Source of the DNA: Elsinoe ampelina
Lineage: Eukaryota
Assembly: GCA_010093995.1 (NCBI GenBank)
Contig: ML992511.1
Coordinates: 701,516 to 765,515, forward strand
DNA length: 64,000 nt
Direction of reading: 5' to 3'
Shown here: piece after piece, positions 37,697-49,056 of the stretch
Position numbering within the stretch: the first letter of the stretch is position 1
Layout: every line of letters begins with the position of its first letter
Translations under genes and position numbers: made by a program
Notes under the pieces: model-generated
Told to the model about the DNA's origin: nothing
Seen by the model: the letters and a program-made list of their open reading frames with translations, nothing else
Databases searched by the model: none

Positions 37697-39019
37697 CTAC
37701 TCTGACTCATCATCGTGATAGACTGGGCTGTTGGGGCGCTTCTTCTTTCTTGGGGGCTCGTGGTAGGTGTCCACGGTATCGATTGGGTCGCACTCTGGCA
37801 CGTAGGGGTACTTGGGTGGGGCTTGAGGGATATTACCGCGGTTGGGGCTGGCTTGGGATCTTTTGCGCAAAGGCGGGGCCGTGAGAGGACTTTGCTCTTT
37901 CCGGGCATACATCGGAGGCTCGAGACCTAGAGGAGGTGGCGGCCGCATCTTCGTCGGAGGGGGTAGGGCTTGTAGCTCTGGCGAACGGGGTCGGTTCTTC
38001 CTGAGTCCAGGTGGAGGTAAGAGGTCTTGATTGTCTTTGTGATAGCCTGGTGGAGGCAAGAGAAATTGTTTGTGTTTGTGATAGCCTGGTGGAGTCTGGA
38101 GTCGTGGGCGACCCGGAGGAGGCAGACTGTCGGATGACAACGGTGAAGGAACGGAGTGGTCTATTGGCTCTGTTGGCTCTTCCAAGCGGGACGACTTTGG
38201 TGGAGGCCTGGGCAAGCCTGCTTGGTGTGGGGACGATCGGATGGATCGCTCAAGTGCAGCTTTGGCGTGATTATAGCTAGAGTCTGGTACTGCTTGTCCG
38301 AGCGTTTCCCTCGGTCTGGGTGGTGGCAGCGAGCTCGAATGGGTGAACTCAATTGATCGCACCGCATCCTGACCTCGCACTCCCGCATCTTGCCCAAAAG
38401 CCCCGGGGGCTGGTGTGATCGAGGCCGAGCGATCAGGACCATGCATTTTGGCGCCGGTGCAAGGCTGTAAGTCCTGTTCACCTGACAATGATATCGCTGG
38501 CACGTCCCGATCGAGCCAGCGCCGAATTACCGTCTTCTGAGCTCCGGGCCGATCGTAGTCCCCAGCTGGCATACGCGACAATCGCTGGTGAGTCAAGGGC
38601 GCGGGTCTGATGTTCTCAAATCGGAGAGAGCCTGGCTCATCGAAGGGCTGTCTTGATATGGGAAGCGTCAAATATTCGTCCTCCACCATGATTCCCATCT
38701 CCCTGGTAAGCTCGAAATGGTTCTTGCGCAAGTTGTGCATGATATCATGCGCCTTATTTGCGACCATGATAATATCGGCGACTTTGTCCCGTGTCGTCTT
38801 ATTTGGTGTCGCGCTGTTGATTGCCGAATACATCGCCAAATCGCTCACCATTCTGCGGACAGTGTTGCGATTGCCTTCAATGATGAGTAGCGCTCCACGA
38901 GGGGTTAGCACCCCATCTGAACCCATGTTTGCGTCGTAAATAGCCTTGATAGACTGCCACTGCTTGTCCACATTGTGCTGATACTGACCCGGCTTGAGAT
39001 CGCGGGCATCGAAGGCCAT
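37697..39019 (-). CDS. Hypothetical protein, Pro-rich C-terminus (in-frame upstream ATG at 39202 also possible)
   Basis: 501-codon open frame; helical-looking N-half, PPPGYHK repeats and a PRKKKRP NLS-like motif near the C-terminus. Confidence 0.7.
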   Translation of the reverse strand: MAFDARDLKPGQYQHNVDKQWQSIKAIYDANMGSDGVLTPRGALLIIEGNRNTVRRMVSDLAMYSAINSATPNKTTRDKVADIIMVANKAHDIMHNLRKNHFELTREMGIMVEDEYLTLPISRQPFDEPGSLRFENIRPAPLTHQRLSRMPAGDYDRPGAQKTVIRRWLDRDVPAISLSGEQDLQPCTGAKMHGPDRSASITPAPGAFGQDAGVRGQDAVRSIEFTHSSSLPPPRPRETLGQAVPDSSYNHAKAALERSIRSSPHQAGLPRPPPKSSRLEEPTEPIDHSVPSPLSSDSLPPPGRPRLQTPPGYHKHKQFLLPPPGYHKDNQDLLPPPGLRKNRPRSPELQALPPPTKMRPPPPLGLEPPMYARKEQSPLTAPPLRKRSQASPNRGNIPQAPPKYPYVPECDPIDTVDTYHEPPRKKKRPNSPVYHDDESE

Positions 39020-40726
39020 TATTGCTGAGATCGTTGCTTGTAATGGTACCAGTGCGATGCCCCCACCCCTCCCGATGTCCTTGGGGAGCACAGGGCGAAT
39101 GAGAAGAAGAAGATCTAGAGGGGGAGGAAGACAGACCTTATACCCTCCATCGTGGGTCCCATGGCTGCCTGGCACATGTGAGAAGCTACAATGGTCATTC
39201 ATCGCTACAGCACAATAAGCTGAGATTCTGGTTGTAATCCCGCAAGAAGTGAAAGAACTGAGAACCGCACTCTACCAGGACTTTCCTGTCGGCCAGCATG
39301 TGAAAGTTTTACATGTAAGACATGTGGTTTTCGGACTCGATCAACACATCGTACTCGACACGCTGAGCGATGAACAGACGCATACCACAACTATTTCATG
39401 CTGTGTCCATCAACCGTGATGGCCGTGGTCAATTTGTGTCTCCCAAAGTAAACTTCTACTTCTCTGAGAGGTCAAATTTCGTCCGGCAGCAAACGTTTAT
39501 TTAGGTGGGACCTGGGCAGTGAGTAGATATGGATTTTTGTAGCTGAACGAGTGATAGATGCTGTCACCGACAGCGTGCGCATAGAAGAAAGGAACGAGCT
39601 CAGATGATGGAGTGGGAGCGCCATTCGGGCACCTCCAGACCCGAGACTATCGGGCAAACGTTTTGCCGGACTCTTGGACGACATTCGCACATGGAATGCA
39701 TCTCACCACGGCCAGAAAGTGCCTGGGAAGCATTTTGGTGGTTAGTAGTCCTAATTTCAAGGATCTGGCAATAAGCCTACCATGAAAATACAGCTTTCAC
39801 GTATGCTTCTTAATCATTTTCGTGCAAGTGAATTGTGTCCAATGCTGCAAAAATTCTTGGCGGAAGTGACCTCACCTTGCGTTCCTTGTGCGACAGCAAC
39901 GTCCAGTATATACGACGGCGGCATCACTTGCTGACCGCTATGACCTTTATCAGCGGATAGTTCCATCTCGTCGCGCTGACCTGGATCATTTGATCTGACA
40001 CAATATCTTGACTGGGATGCAAGCAACCCGCAATTGACTCCACAGCCATCTTCTTTTGCTTTGCCAGTATTGCGGAGTGAGTTCCGGCATATCTCGAATA
40101 AGCCGCCGTGGTAGCAGACGGCGTGTGAGTCTCAGAGCTCGGCAGCTTGACTCTTTCCTGAGCACTTGCACTGTCCATCAGAAGGCTTTTCGCAGTCAGC
40201 TCTCTCGGAGGTCTTGGGTCCCGCAAAGACCATCGAATCGGTCCGTCAGTATTGAAGATCATTGATCTCATCGGCTCGGTTGGTGGCCAAGAGGACCTAG
40301 TCGGACGCCCTCCGCTCGGATCTCTTCGAGGAGGGGTGTCGACTGTACCTCAGCCTCTTGTTGTGAAGAAGAGAATCTTTCACTCGCTCCACTATCCTGC
40401 CAGTAGCTTTCGAGCCAGCTGCCACGATTAGCAACATCCGGCCAAAGCAAGCAGCGGCCCACTTGCCGGCGTAGTCACCCCCAGATCTTGCCTGCTGCCT
40501 CTGCAAGTCCACGGTACGGCTCGTGTGACGACATCCGACCACCTTGCTGTCGACAAGCTCGGACAAAAGCTGCAGGATCGGACCGCTTGACCTGCTTCCC
40601 TGGCTCTGGTCGAGGTTCTCTTCTTCGAGGTCGTCAGTCTGTTCTCAAGCAGACCCTATCCATCCATCCTTGGTTCGAGACCTCCATCAGCAGCACCATC
40701 ATCGCCGGCTTCCCTTCTTGCACAAG

Positions 40727-42341
40727 ATGGAGAGAAAGGTCACCTCGATCCTGTGTATCTCAGACACGCACCTCGCATCACCATTCCCGTTCGGCGTGCC
40801 GAAAGACTTACCGCACATCGACGTCCTGATCCACTCCGGAGATCTCACCATGCTGGGTACCGTTCCTGAGTACCACGAAGTGCTTGATATGCTGGCGACC
40901 ATACCCGCGGATCTCAAGCTTCTCATAGGTGGTAACCACGACCTGGCTCTCGACCAGGAGTGGCTGGCTCGGACATCCGAACGTCTACAGCATTGGGAAA
41001 GTAGGAATGGTGTTCCAAAATGGAAGGGCAGGCTCGGAGATGAGTATTGGAGGGAAGCCGAGGCGGTGTGGTTTGGTCCAGATTCGAGAGCGGTGAAAGA
41101 GGGCGTGACAATGCTGAAGGAGGGCCGGCATGAGCTCAGACTGTCCAACGGGGCTCTTTTGAAGGTGAGTCGCTCTCGCTGTTATCTACCGGCTTATGCT
41201 GCTATTGCGGTATGAGCCTCCTATCCAAAGGCGTAGGATTTGAACGACGACCATGTTGAGGTACTGATACCCAGGCCGAAACGTCTGTTGTGACCACAGA
41301 GTGTGAATACTTCACTTCGCCTCTGACGTTGGTGGCTAGCCACGACGCGCGCGCGAGAAAACTACGCTGGAGGTGGACTCCCAATCTGACTACCGTATAC
41401 ACCGGCTCTTGCACTCCTCTACGGCAGCTCGCGTACTGGATCCACATAGCTCTTGCTAAAAACAGCTCGACGGATACGAGCGCGACTCGAAGTCTCGCTT
41501 TTTGTGCTCCAAAGCTACCCAGCGCACAGGAGCGACAATAGGTTCTGACGCGTGATATGTTCCGCACATCCAAGCCTGCTCTTTCTAATGTTCCCTGTGA
41601 TGTTTTCGTGCTCTAGCTCTTATCGTATGGCCGTTTCGGATTTGTGGTTGCGAAACATAGAAGTGGAAGGCGCGTGTCGGATGAGGAAAGCACGAAGCGG
41701 CTAATGTCGAACAGGTTTTTGCCAGTCCATATCAACCAGAATTCTGCGACTGGGCTTTTGCTTATGGAAGGAATGAAGATCGTTTCAACTCTCCAGGATA
41801 CTCGCTGTCAGATGCGGTGAATATTGCCACCAGTCCTGCGGATCGAATGTCTGGTTCCGAGAGCCACGGTCGCGCGCCGGTCGGCGACATCGACATTATG
41901 ATGACACATGGTCCTCCTTATGGCAGACTAGATCTCACTTCTCGTGGTCAGAAGGTTGGATGTCCTCATATCCTTGCCTCTGTCTCCCAGATCAGACCAA
42001 GAGTGCACTGTTTTGGTCACATTCATGAAGGTTGGGGCGTCGAACATGTACGGTGGAGCGACGAACGAATCCCCACGGCAATACCATCGGAGAACACCAC
42101 ACAGTCATTCACAAACGCTTGGGACGCTGTCGATGGTACGCAAGCTATTGAGAGAGTTGTTGTTGAGGCTGAAAGAAAGACCCTGGCCCCTGGACCTGTT
42201 CACGTCGATCTCATCGATCGTCCCGGGCGCTCTACCAGATCAGGCGCGTCGACCACGCTAGTCAACGCCGCCATCATGGACGTCAGCTACATGCCCATCA
42301 ATCTTCCTATACTGCTTTGGATGGATATTGGGACTTCATAA
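40727..42341 (+). CDS. Calcineurin-like metallophosphoesterase (MPPED/239FB-like), ~354 aa; join(40727..41164,41715..42341)
   Basis: ILCISDTH, LIHSGDLT, GGNHD, THGPP, VGC, HCFGHIHEGWG, VNAA motifs; intron GTGAGT...GCTAAT...CAG. Confidence 0.9.
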
Positions 42342-42713
42342 CACATCTTCTCAAGGTGTAGCACCTCAATTTACATGATCAGTCTCCTGGTATGATATTG
42401 TAGGAGGGAAGGCGCTGCTGAAAAACGCGAAGTGTCTATTTTGCTTCTTATGCCCACCGAGTATATAAATGCGCACTTTGTCGCACTTTGCCTCCCTTTT
42501 CCTCTGCATCATACTCATATTATCTGTTAACAGACTTATACGAGTATTCACGCTACTATCACCATACCATCCACCACCATCCTTATCCAAGCATCACTTC
42601 CCACTCAGATCACTCACCTCACACCACCGACCTCCTCACCATCCACCTCACCTTCAACCTCATCACGTACCCCAACACCTCTTCCTCCTCTCCGCCCCTC
42701 CTCTCCACCAACA

Positions 42714-43568
42714 ATGGCTCCAGTCCAAACGGCTGCAGATGCCCCGTCGTCAAAGTCACGGCGTAACCAGAACAAAGTGGGGACGAATTACGACACGAAG
42801 AGCACCAAGGCTGGCCACATGGCGGCCCTCCGACGTCAGATCGAGAACGGCCTCAAGCAGAAGATCCTACCTCGCCCGGCTGTATTGCCAACAACACAGC
42901 CAGCACCTCCCATGGCTTTTCCTCTGGCCCAACCCTTGGCCACGCAGCCAGTATTCATCCCACCTCACTCCTTCCTTCCGCCGCTCGCTCCTCCCTTCCC
43001 TCCCAACCCGACTCCTCCCTATCCCCTCCCTCCCACCCCTCAGGTCCCTCTCCTCTCCGCCCCTCTCTACACGCCTTCTGGGCCAAACACCCCACCCGCC
43101 CCCATGTCCCGCCGAGACTCTGGTGTGGTAGTTTCCCCCCAGAAAGAACTACCAGATCCTGGCATGCTATACTTCCTGAACTTCCAGGCCGAGGTCAACA
43201 ACGGGATGTACGGTCCGGACCACCAGGGAGGGAACAACCTGGTGATACCCAATCAGGGATCACCACCAGTCATGGACAACAACCTGGTAGGATCCAGTCA
43301 AGGACCACCAGCCATGGACAACAACCTGGTAGTACCTACCCAGGGACAACGACCAGAATTTGACAACAATCTGGTAGGATCCAGTCAAGGACTGCCGGCT
43401 TGGGATCAGGGACTGCCGGCCCGGGACGACACCCTGGTAGGACCTACCGATGGATTACTACCAGCTTTTGACAACGACCTGGTAGTGCCTCCCGGCCAAA
43501 CTACCACAGGGAACGACCAGCAGGAGCAGGGGGCGATCATCTTCAATGACCCTTTCATGGGGGCTTAG
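42714..43568 (+). CDS. Hypothetical Pro-rich protein with C-terminal 14-15-aa repeats
   Basis: 284-aa ORF with ACAATGG start context; repeated DNNLVxxxQG units. Confidence 0.7.
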   Translation: MAPVQTAADAPSSKSRRNQNKVGTNYDTKSTKAGHMAALRRQIENGLKQKILPRPAVLPTTQPAPPMAFPLAQPLATQPVFIPPHSFLPPLAPPFPPNPTPPYPLPPTPQVPLLSAPLYTPSGPNTPPAPMSRRDSGVVVSPQKELPDPGMLYFLNFQAEVNNGMYGPDHQGGNNLVIPNQGSPPVMDNNLVGSSQGPPAMDNNLVVPTQGQRPEFDNNLVGSSQGLPAWDQGLPARDDTLVGPTDGLLPAFDNDLVVPPGQTTTGNDQQEQGAIIFNDPFMGA

Positions 43569-44030
43569 ATTGTACTACCAGATTGTATCACTTGTATTAT
43601 ATTTGTTCGAACAGCGAACGGCGTTTGGGATCTGGTTATCGGTGTTGGGATAGATACCCTAATGGATTTCTTTACCTGTTTCATCTCTCTCTAAGATCGA
43701 AGTGAATATGACATAATCACGTGTTTGTGTTTGCACGTGGAGTTGAGGCTGGGTAAGGGGTGGGACTAGGGGCTAGGCAAAAGGGTCTGGGTAAGGGGAC
43801 GAGGGAGACGCTGGATTGACAGGAGCGGGGGCCGGCGAAGTATGAGGGAAATGTGAGTCATTGTGGAAGGGCGATTGCTTTTGCTGTTGGATTTGGGTTG
43901 GTGGGCGGGGGGGAAGAGGGAAGTATAACTTTGTCCAGGGGGAGGAATCATAAAGTCTGGAGACCGGTGGGATGCTTGATTATTCTCATTATTACATTTG
44001 TCGTGCACTCTAGTGCTCTCCGGGACTTGC

Positions 44031-44996
44031 TCATATTACTAGATTGTACATGAATGCTGCTAGACCCGCACCCAAGCAGACGTCTTTGCCGTGCTTGTTG
44101 TGTGAGGTGCTGGCGCTAGAGTCTGATTCTGTCGGACTTGCATTACTAGTCACCGTCCCCGAACGTGGGGACGTTGTACTCCTCGTGCTTGTCGAAAATA
44201 ACCCAGGCGTCTGAGCGCTTGATGACGTAGTCATACTTGGGTTTGAGGTCATGCTCGAGACAGCCGCTGTGATCACGACCGTCGCAGATTGCCCCGACGC
44301 ATTCTGGCCAAGGACTGTCACCGCTGACACCGAAGTCGGCAACGGTGTGGTAAAAGTCGAGGTGCCAGATTTGATGACGACTTCGATCGCGCTTCCTGAG
44401 GTACTTGGCGTATGTACAGCGATGAGTACGACTGCCTCGCCGTTGCCACGAGACAGGATCTGCCCAATGGTAAGGGGTTGACCTTGCGGGATATATGCGC
44501 CGCCCTGCGATGGGTCTGGGGAGACTATGGGATTGTCTAGAGGAGAGTTCGTGGCAGGTGCAGGCTCGGGATCTTTTGTGGTTTCCTGATCCGGCACCTG
44601 TAATGATGGCCCATGGGAAATTGCTGTGGCTGGTGAAGGTACTGGTGTCGGTATGCCAGTTGGCGTCAGGTAGGATGTTGCAGTTGAAGCCGTGACTGGG
44701 ACTGCGGAAATTGATGAAGCGGCCGGGGGCGACGTGGCCTGGGGCGGGTTGGTCTCGGCCGGTACAGCAGGAGCAAAGATCTCACCATCGGGAGACTTTT
44801 CGGCATCTTGAGCAAGTGTCGATCCTGGGCGTGGTGGTCGAGCAAAGGTTGCCTCGAGCCCCTCTGTGGTGGGCTTGCCCAGGATCCTGGTGGATGTCAC
44901 ATTGTCATCCTCCCAGTTCCCAGAGGTCGCAGATGTAACTGATGATAGAGCTACGGCAGCGTATGCGACGAGCAAAAAGAGTCGGCCAGCGAACAT
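44031..44996 (-). CDS. Secreted, probably GPI-anchored Ser/Thr/Pro-rich cell-wall protein
   Basis: MFAGRLFLLVAYAAVALS signal peptide; S/T-rich body; small-residue site then hydrophobic C-terminus (VCLGAGLAAFMYNLVI). Confidence 0.8.
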   Translation of the reverse strand: MFAGRLFLLVAYAAVALSSVTSATSGNWEDDNVTSTRILGKPTTEGLEATFARPPRPGSTLAQDAEKSPDGEIFAPAVPAETNPPQATSPPAASSISAVPVTASTATSYLTPTGIPTPVPSPATAISHGPSLQVPDQETTKDPEPAPATNSPLDNPIVSPDPSQGGAYIPQGQPLTIGQILSRGNGEAVVLIAVHTPSTSGSAIEVVIKSGTSTFTTPLPTSVSAVTVLGQNASGQSATVVITAAVSSMTSNPSMTTSSSAQTPGLFSTSTRSTTSPRSGTVTSNASPTESDSSASTSHNKHGKDVCLGAGLAAFMYNLVI

Positions 44997-45969
44997 GATG
45001 GTGGTGTCCTTCACTTCTGTAGGTACAATGCCGGTGGGCTTTTGGAGAGGTCAATCGTGATTAGTAGATGTGGCGTGTTTCTACAGTGGATGAAGAGTTG
45101 CGAAGAGGGTCAGCTAGAATTTGCTTCCCACTGACCATGTCGACAAAAGACAAATACAATACATCAACTCGTCCACATAAGAGAATCTACGACGAAAAGA
45201 GACCTCACGATGAAAACGAGACACGAAGAAATGCGCGACAGGACATTCAGGCCTCCTGTAGAGGCGTTCGTCCCTGGCTTGACGGGCGGATCAGCCAATC
45301 AAAGCGTGCTTCTCAACCAGAGTACGAGCGTAGCGTAAATTGGCCAACATTTGCACGAACCATTGATACTCACCCGCTTCTAGAGAGGCTTAGACTGCTT
45401 CGATAGCTGTAGGGAATGGAAGCCCGATGGTGTCTCGATGGTGGAAGTCGTTTGGATGCGTGCCAACAGCTGCCGCAGATCTGCGGACGTGAGCTGAGAT
45501 GAGATTGCCCTGCGAGCTCGCCATCGCATAAGAGGCGGCCGAAGGTACTGGAGCGGGTCTCTGAAAGCAGCGAGCAGCAGCGTGTCGGCCCCAGAGATAT
45601 AGGTATAACCTTATGATGACAGAAGAATTGAAGTCGACTACAAGAGGATGTGGTGTTGTCCACGTTGGACGTCATGGCTTGGCAAAATATTCGACGCGTG
45701 CCCCAGCATCAACAGAAATGCGCCGGAATTGAGGGAGATGACAACCTATGTGTATCTCATACCTTGCCCGAGGTTGTGCGAAATTCTGGCCCCTCCGCTT
45801 GTCGTATAAAGAGCTCCGTCCAACGCACGACCTCAGACCGTTCTTCAATGCGAAGACCGAGGTCGCTTCCGCCGCGTCTCCCCTCCAATCGAAGCATGCG
45901 ACCTTGCTCAGGAACTGCTATATCTCGCTGGGATCATACAATCCATGGGCGACATAGCTTATCGTACCA

Positions 45970-48900
45970 ATGATACCCCACGTCCGAGGTTCGACGCCCT
46001 CTCGACCCTCGCCTATTACCAGAAACTCGAATCCTAGATCCCCCACCAAATCCTCTACGAGACCCGACCTATCACTATCGCTTAGCTCGATCATCGGCAG
46101 TACCTGCTCCTCCAGCAACCGTTTCTCCAGCGACAATGCGACATCTTCATTCGCATATGCTGCAGGAGCAGCCGTGGTTCTTGCGACCGTGGACAGCGAT
46201 CTCAATGTTGAGCAACGATTCTTCAGAGCCTCTGCAGGACAAACAATAGCACGGCCACTTGTCGACAGTCTGGACCACGCAAGAGCTGGAACACCTGTCA
46301 GGGATGAGGTACGGCGTCTCGTTGGCACCGGACGAGGCAGAGCAGGCTCTCCCTTCACAGGCAAGCCTACAGCGCACGCCTCAAGCAATGAGAATGTAGA
46401 AGGTAGTCCCTCAACTGGTCATGCAAAGGACAGAGTGAAGGCTGCGACAGCTGTTGCGCTGTCCCCCGGAATCAAGTGGCTGGCAGTCGGTGAGACAGGA
46501 TACAGACCAAGGGTCCTGATTTTCCCGGTAACGGAGAAGAAGAGTACAGAACAGCCGGTGGCTATTCTGTCGGAGCACAGTTTTGGAGTGCAAGCTGTAG
46601 CATGGGACGGTGAGGGGAGACTGCTAGCTACCCTCGGCACCGTCAACGACGGCTTTCTGTTCGTCTGGAGTGTGGACGATTCAGGAAAGACCACACTCAT
46701 AGCAAGCAATAAGTGTACAACCATTGTCAGGGATATGAAGTGGATGGGACGGAGCTTGGTCACGGCGGGGGTGAGATCTGTCAAGATTTGGCGACCAGAC
46801 GAGATAGCACCAAGCATGGGAGTTGAGAGTGACAAGGACGGTCTCAGCCATCCTGGATACAAACCACTGGTTGGACGAAATGTTTTGCTCGGCGACATGC
46901 TGGAGGCAACCTTCACTACCATTGTCCCGCTGGGTGATACACAGGCGGCATTATGCTCAGACTCCGGGGATGTGTGCATATTAGACGATGTGGACAAGCA
47001 ACAAAAGCTCGCGAGGATAGCAGTCGAGACTTTCGGCATCACCTCCGCTTGCCTCGACAGCGATAGCAGACTCACACTTGCTGGCTGGGATGGCGCGATC
47101 AAAAGTATCGACCTGGAAAGGAGCGACAGGACAGAGAAACCCTTATCGCGCGCAGGTACGCCGGTGGTGAGGAGGGCAGACAAGTCAATATCGTTCCCAA
47201 TCGCGATAGGCGCTATTCCCAATGCGCTTGTCACGGTCGATAACAAGCACAACATCGCCCTCAATATTCCGGAAGAACAATCAAACGGCAAATCCGGTTA
47301 TACAACCAAGTCATCAAGGGCATCACACGCGGATGCCATCCTCGGCATAAGAGCTTTAAGCAACGGAAACCGTCGCAGTGCGACATTCGCGACGTGGTCG
47401 AGCGATGGTTTGATAATCGGCTGGTCCGATGATGGTCGACCAGCATTTCAGATCATCGCCTCCTTAGAACAGGTGGACGATGCTTACGAGTTGACGAATG
47501 AATTACGAACCATTGCATTCTTCGACGACGCCACACACGTGGTCACTGGTGACCGTTACGGCGTGCTTAGGGTATTGGATCTCGGAACTGGGCAGACCAC
47601 ATTTGACGCAAGAGCACATGCTTCCGAGATCACCGATATCAGCATTCATAAGACTGGAGAGGACGTCTGGGTGGCCACAGCTTCGCGTGATCGGACATTA
47701 CAGGTCTTTGTTTGGCAGAATGATGGACTCGAACTAATCCAAACACTCGACGAACATGCAGGGGCAGTGAGCCAGATCGCATTCTCCGAGGACGGCAGAC
47801 AACTGCTTTCCTGTTCAGCAGATCGAACGATTGTCGTCAGAGACTCTGTAGACAGTGATAATGGCGAGCCAGTGCTTTACGTGATGGCTCGAACAGTCAC
47901 GCTCAAGGCTGCCCCCATGGCGATGGATTTTGCCTCTCAGGTTGATCATATACTAGTATCGACAGCGGACAGACTGGTATGCCTGATCAATTACCAGACA
48001 GGCCGCATACTCTCAACATTCAAGACTGGTGACAGCGAGGGAGGTGATCCCGTTGTGCTCTCAGGCCTTGTACAGGTCCCGCCCGGAGTCGGTCCTGGCA
48101 TGGTCGCTGGCGTCAGTAGCTCGGACAAGTCTATAAGAATATATTCCGAGGATGGGACGTTGCTTGCTAGGGACTGGGGACATACCGAAGGCGTGACCGA
48201 CATTGCGCTACTCACTTCAACCACGGGGCATACTCAACGCTTGATTACCGTGGCGGCTGACGGAACCATCTTTAGCTGGAGCACGCAAACGAGAAAAGCA
48301 CCAGCGAGTCCCATCAAAACTGACGATGTCTTCTCCTCCGCGTCCAGCTCTTCGCCTCTCGCTCGACCGCCTTTGAGGAAGGTCATCTCACACTCTGAAA
48401 TGTCGAGGTTGAGAAGATCAATGGTGTCACCTTCTGAAGACACCGAGTCTGATACCCCAAAGGCTCCAGGGCTTCGTAGAAGACCGTCGAGGTTAAGCAT
48501 AGCACAAACGCCACGGTTGACTGCTGGAACACCACGGAGCACGACTCCCACTGATCTCTCCGGCTCACCAACGTCACGAGACCGAAGCCCGTCACCGGCA
48601 AGAAGCATGCAATCCCCAACGAGATCTCAACGTTCACCGGACAGAGGACCGAGAAGGCGTACATCACAGATAAACATGAAGAAGAATCTTCCAGCTCTAG
48701 ACGTACCTCCCGTGTCGCTTACATTAGAAACGCCAACCGCTTCACGCGAGCCGTCAAAAGAGCCTGACGATCCCGAAGCTGAGCTGTCAAAAAGGACAGA
48801 AGAAGTGGTCGGGGTGTTGCGTAGTTACCGCTCAGCACTTTGCGGCTCGCAACCCCGCAATCTAGAGTCTCAAATATACAGCACGTTGAGGAGCGAGCTC

Positions 48901-49056
48901 GAATCGTTGCTGCGAAGCATGAGCTTACAAGAGATGGCGCCGGTCGAGAACCAAACAGAGTCTACCGTTGATTACGATGTCGACGGAGGATCGGAAAGCG
49001 CCACCGAGACTGTTGACGTGCTGGAGTCGGTAGAAGAGCGGAGCGAGATATTCTGA
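45970..49056 (+). CDS. WD40-repeat protein, WDR62/MAPKBP1-like, 1028 aa
   Basis: Multiple WD repeats (LAVGETGYRPRVLIF, LATLGTVNDGFLFVW, ATASRDRTLQVF, LLSCSADRTI, WGHTEGVTDI) and a Ser/Arg/Pro-rich tail. Confidence 0.85.
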   Translation: MIPHVRGSTPSRPSPITRNSNPRSPTKSSTRPDLSLSLSSIIGSTCSSSNRFSSDNATSSFAYAAGAAVVLATVDSDLNVEQRFFRASAGQTIARPLVDSLDHARAGTPVRDEVRRLVGTGRGRAGSPFTGKPTAHASSNENVEGSPSTGHAKDRVKAATAVALSPGIKWLAVGETGYRPRVLIFPVTEKKSTEQPVAILSEHSFGVQAVAWDGEGRLLATLGTVNDGFLFVWSVDDSGKTTLIASNKCTTIVRDMKWMGRSLVTAGVRSVKIWRPDEIAPSMGVESDKDGLSHPGYKPLVGRNVLLGDMLEATFTTIVPLGDTQAALCSDSGDVCILDDVDKQQKLARIAVETFGITSACLDSDSRLTLAGWDGAIKSIDLERSDRTEKPLSRAGTPVVRRADKSISFPIAIGAIPNALVTVDNKHNIALNIPEEQSNGKSGYTTKSSRASHADAILGIRALSNGNRRSATFATWSSDGLIIGWSDDGRPAFQIIASLEQVDDAYELTNELRTIAFFDDATHVVTGDRYGVLRVLDLGTGQTTFDARAHASEITDISIHKTGEDVWVATASRDRTLQVFVWQNDGLELIQTLDEHAGAVSQIAFSEDGRQLLSCSADRTIVVRDSVDSDNGEPVLYVMARTVTLKAAPMAMDFASQVDHILVSTADRLVCLINYQTGRILSTFKTGDSEGGDPVVLSGLVQVPPGVGPGMVAGVSSSDKSIRIYSEDGTLLARDWGHTEGVTDIALLTSTTGHTQRLITVAADGTIFSWSTQTRKAPASPIKTDDVFSSASSSSPLARPPLRKVISHSEMSRLRRSMVSPSEDTESDTPKAPGLRRRPSRLSIAQTPRLTAGTPRSTTPTDLSGSPTSRDRSPSPARSMQSPTRSQRSPDRGPRRRTSQINMKKNLPALDVPPVSLTLETPTASREPSKEPDDPEAELSKRTEEVVGVLRSYRSALCGSQPRNLESQIYSTLRSELESLLRSMSLQEMAPVENQTESTVDYDVDGGSESATETVDVLESVEERSEIF

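Noticed and set aside
39200..40720. Short ORFs in the divergent intergenic region
   Set aside because: No motif, splice or codon support; treated as promoter/UTR.
41205..41272. Box C/D snoRNA in the long intron (GGTAT...CTGATACC)
   Set aside because: D box and a short terminal stem are present but no convincing RUGAUGA C box; not called.
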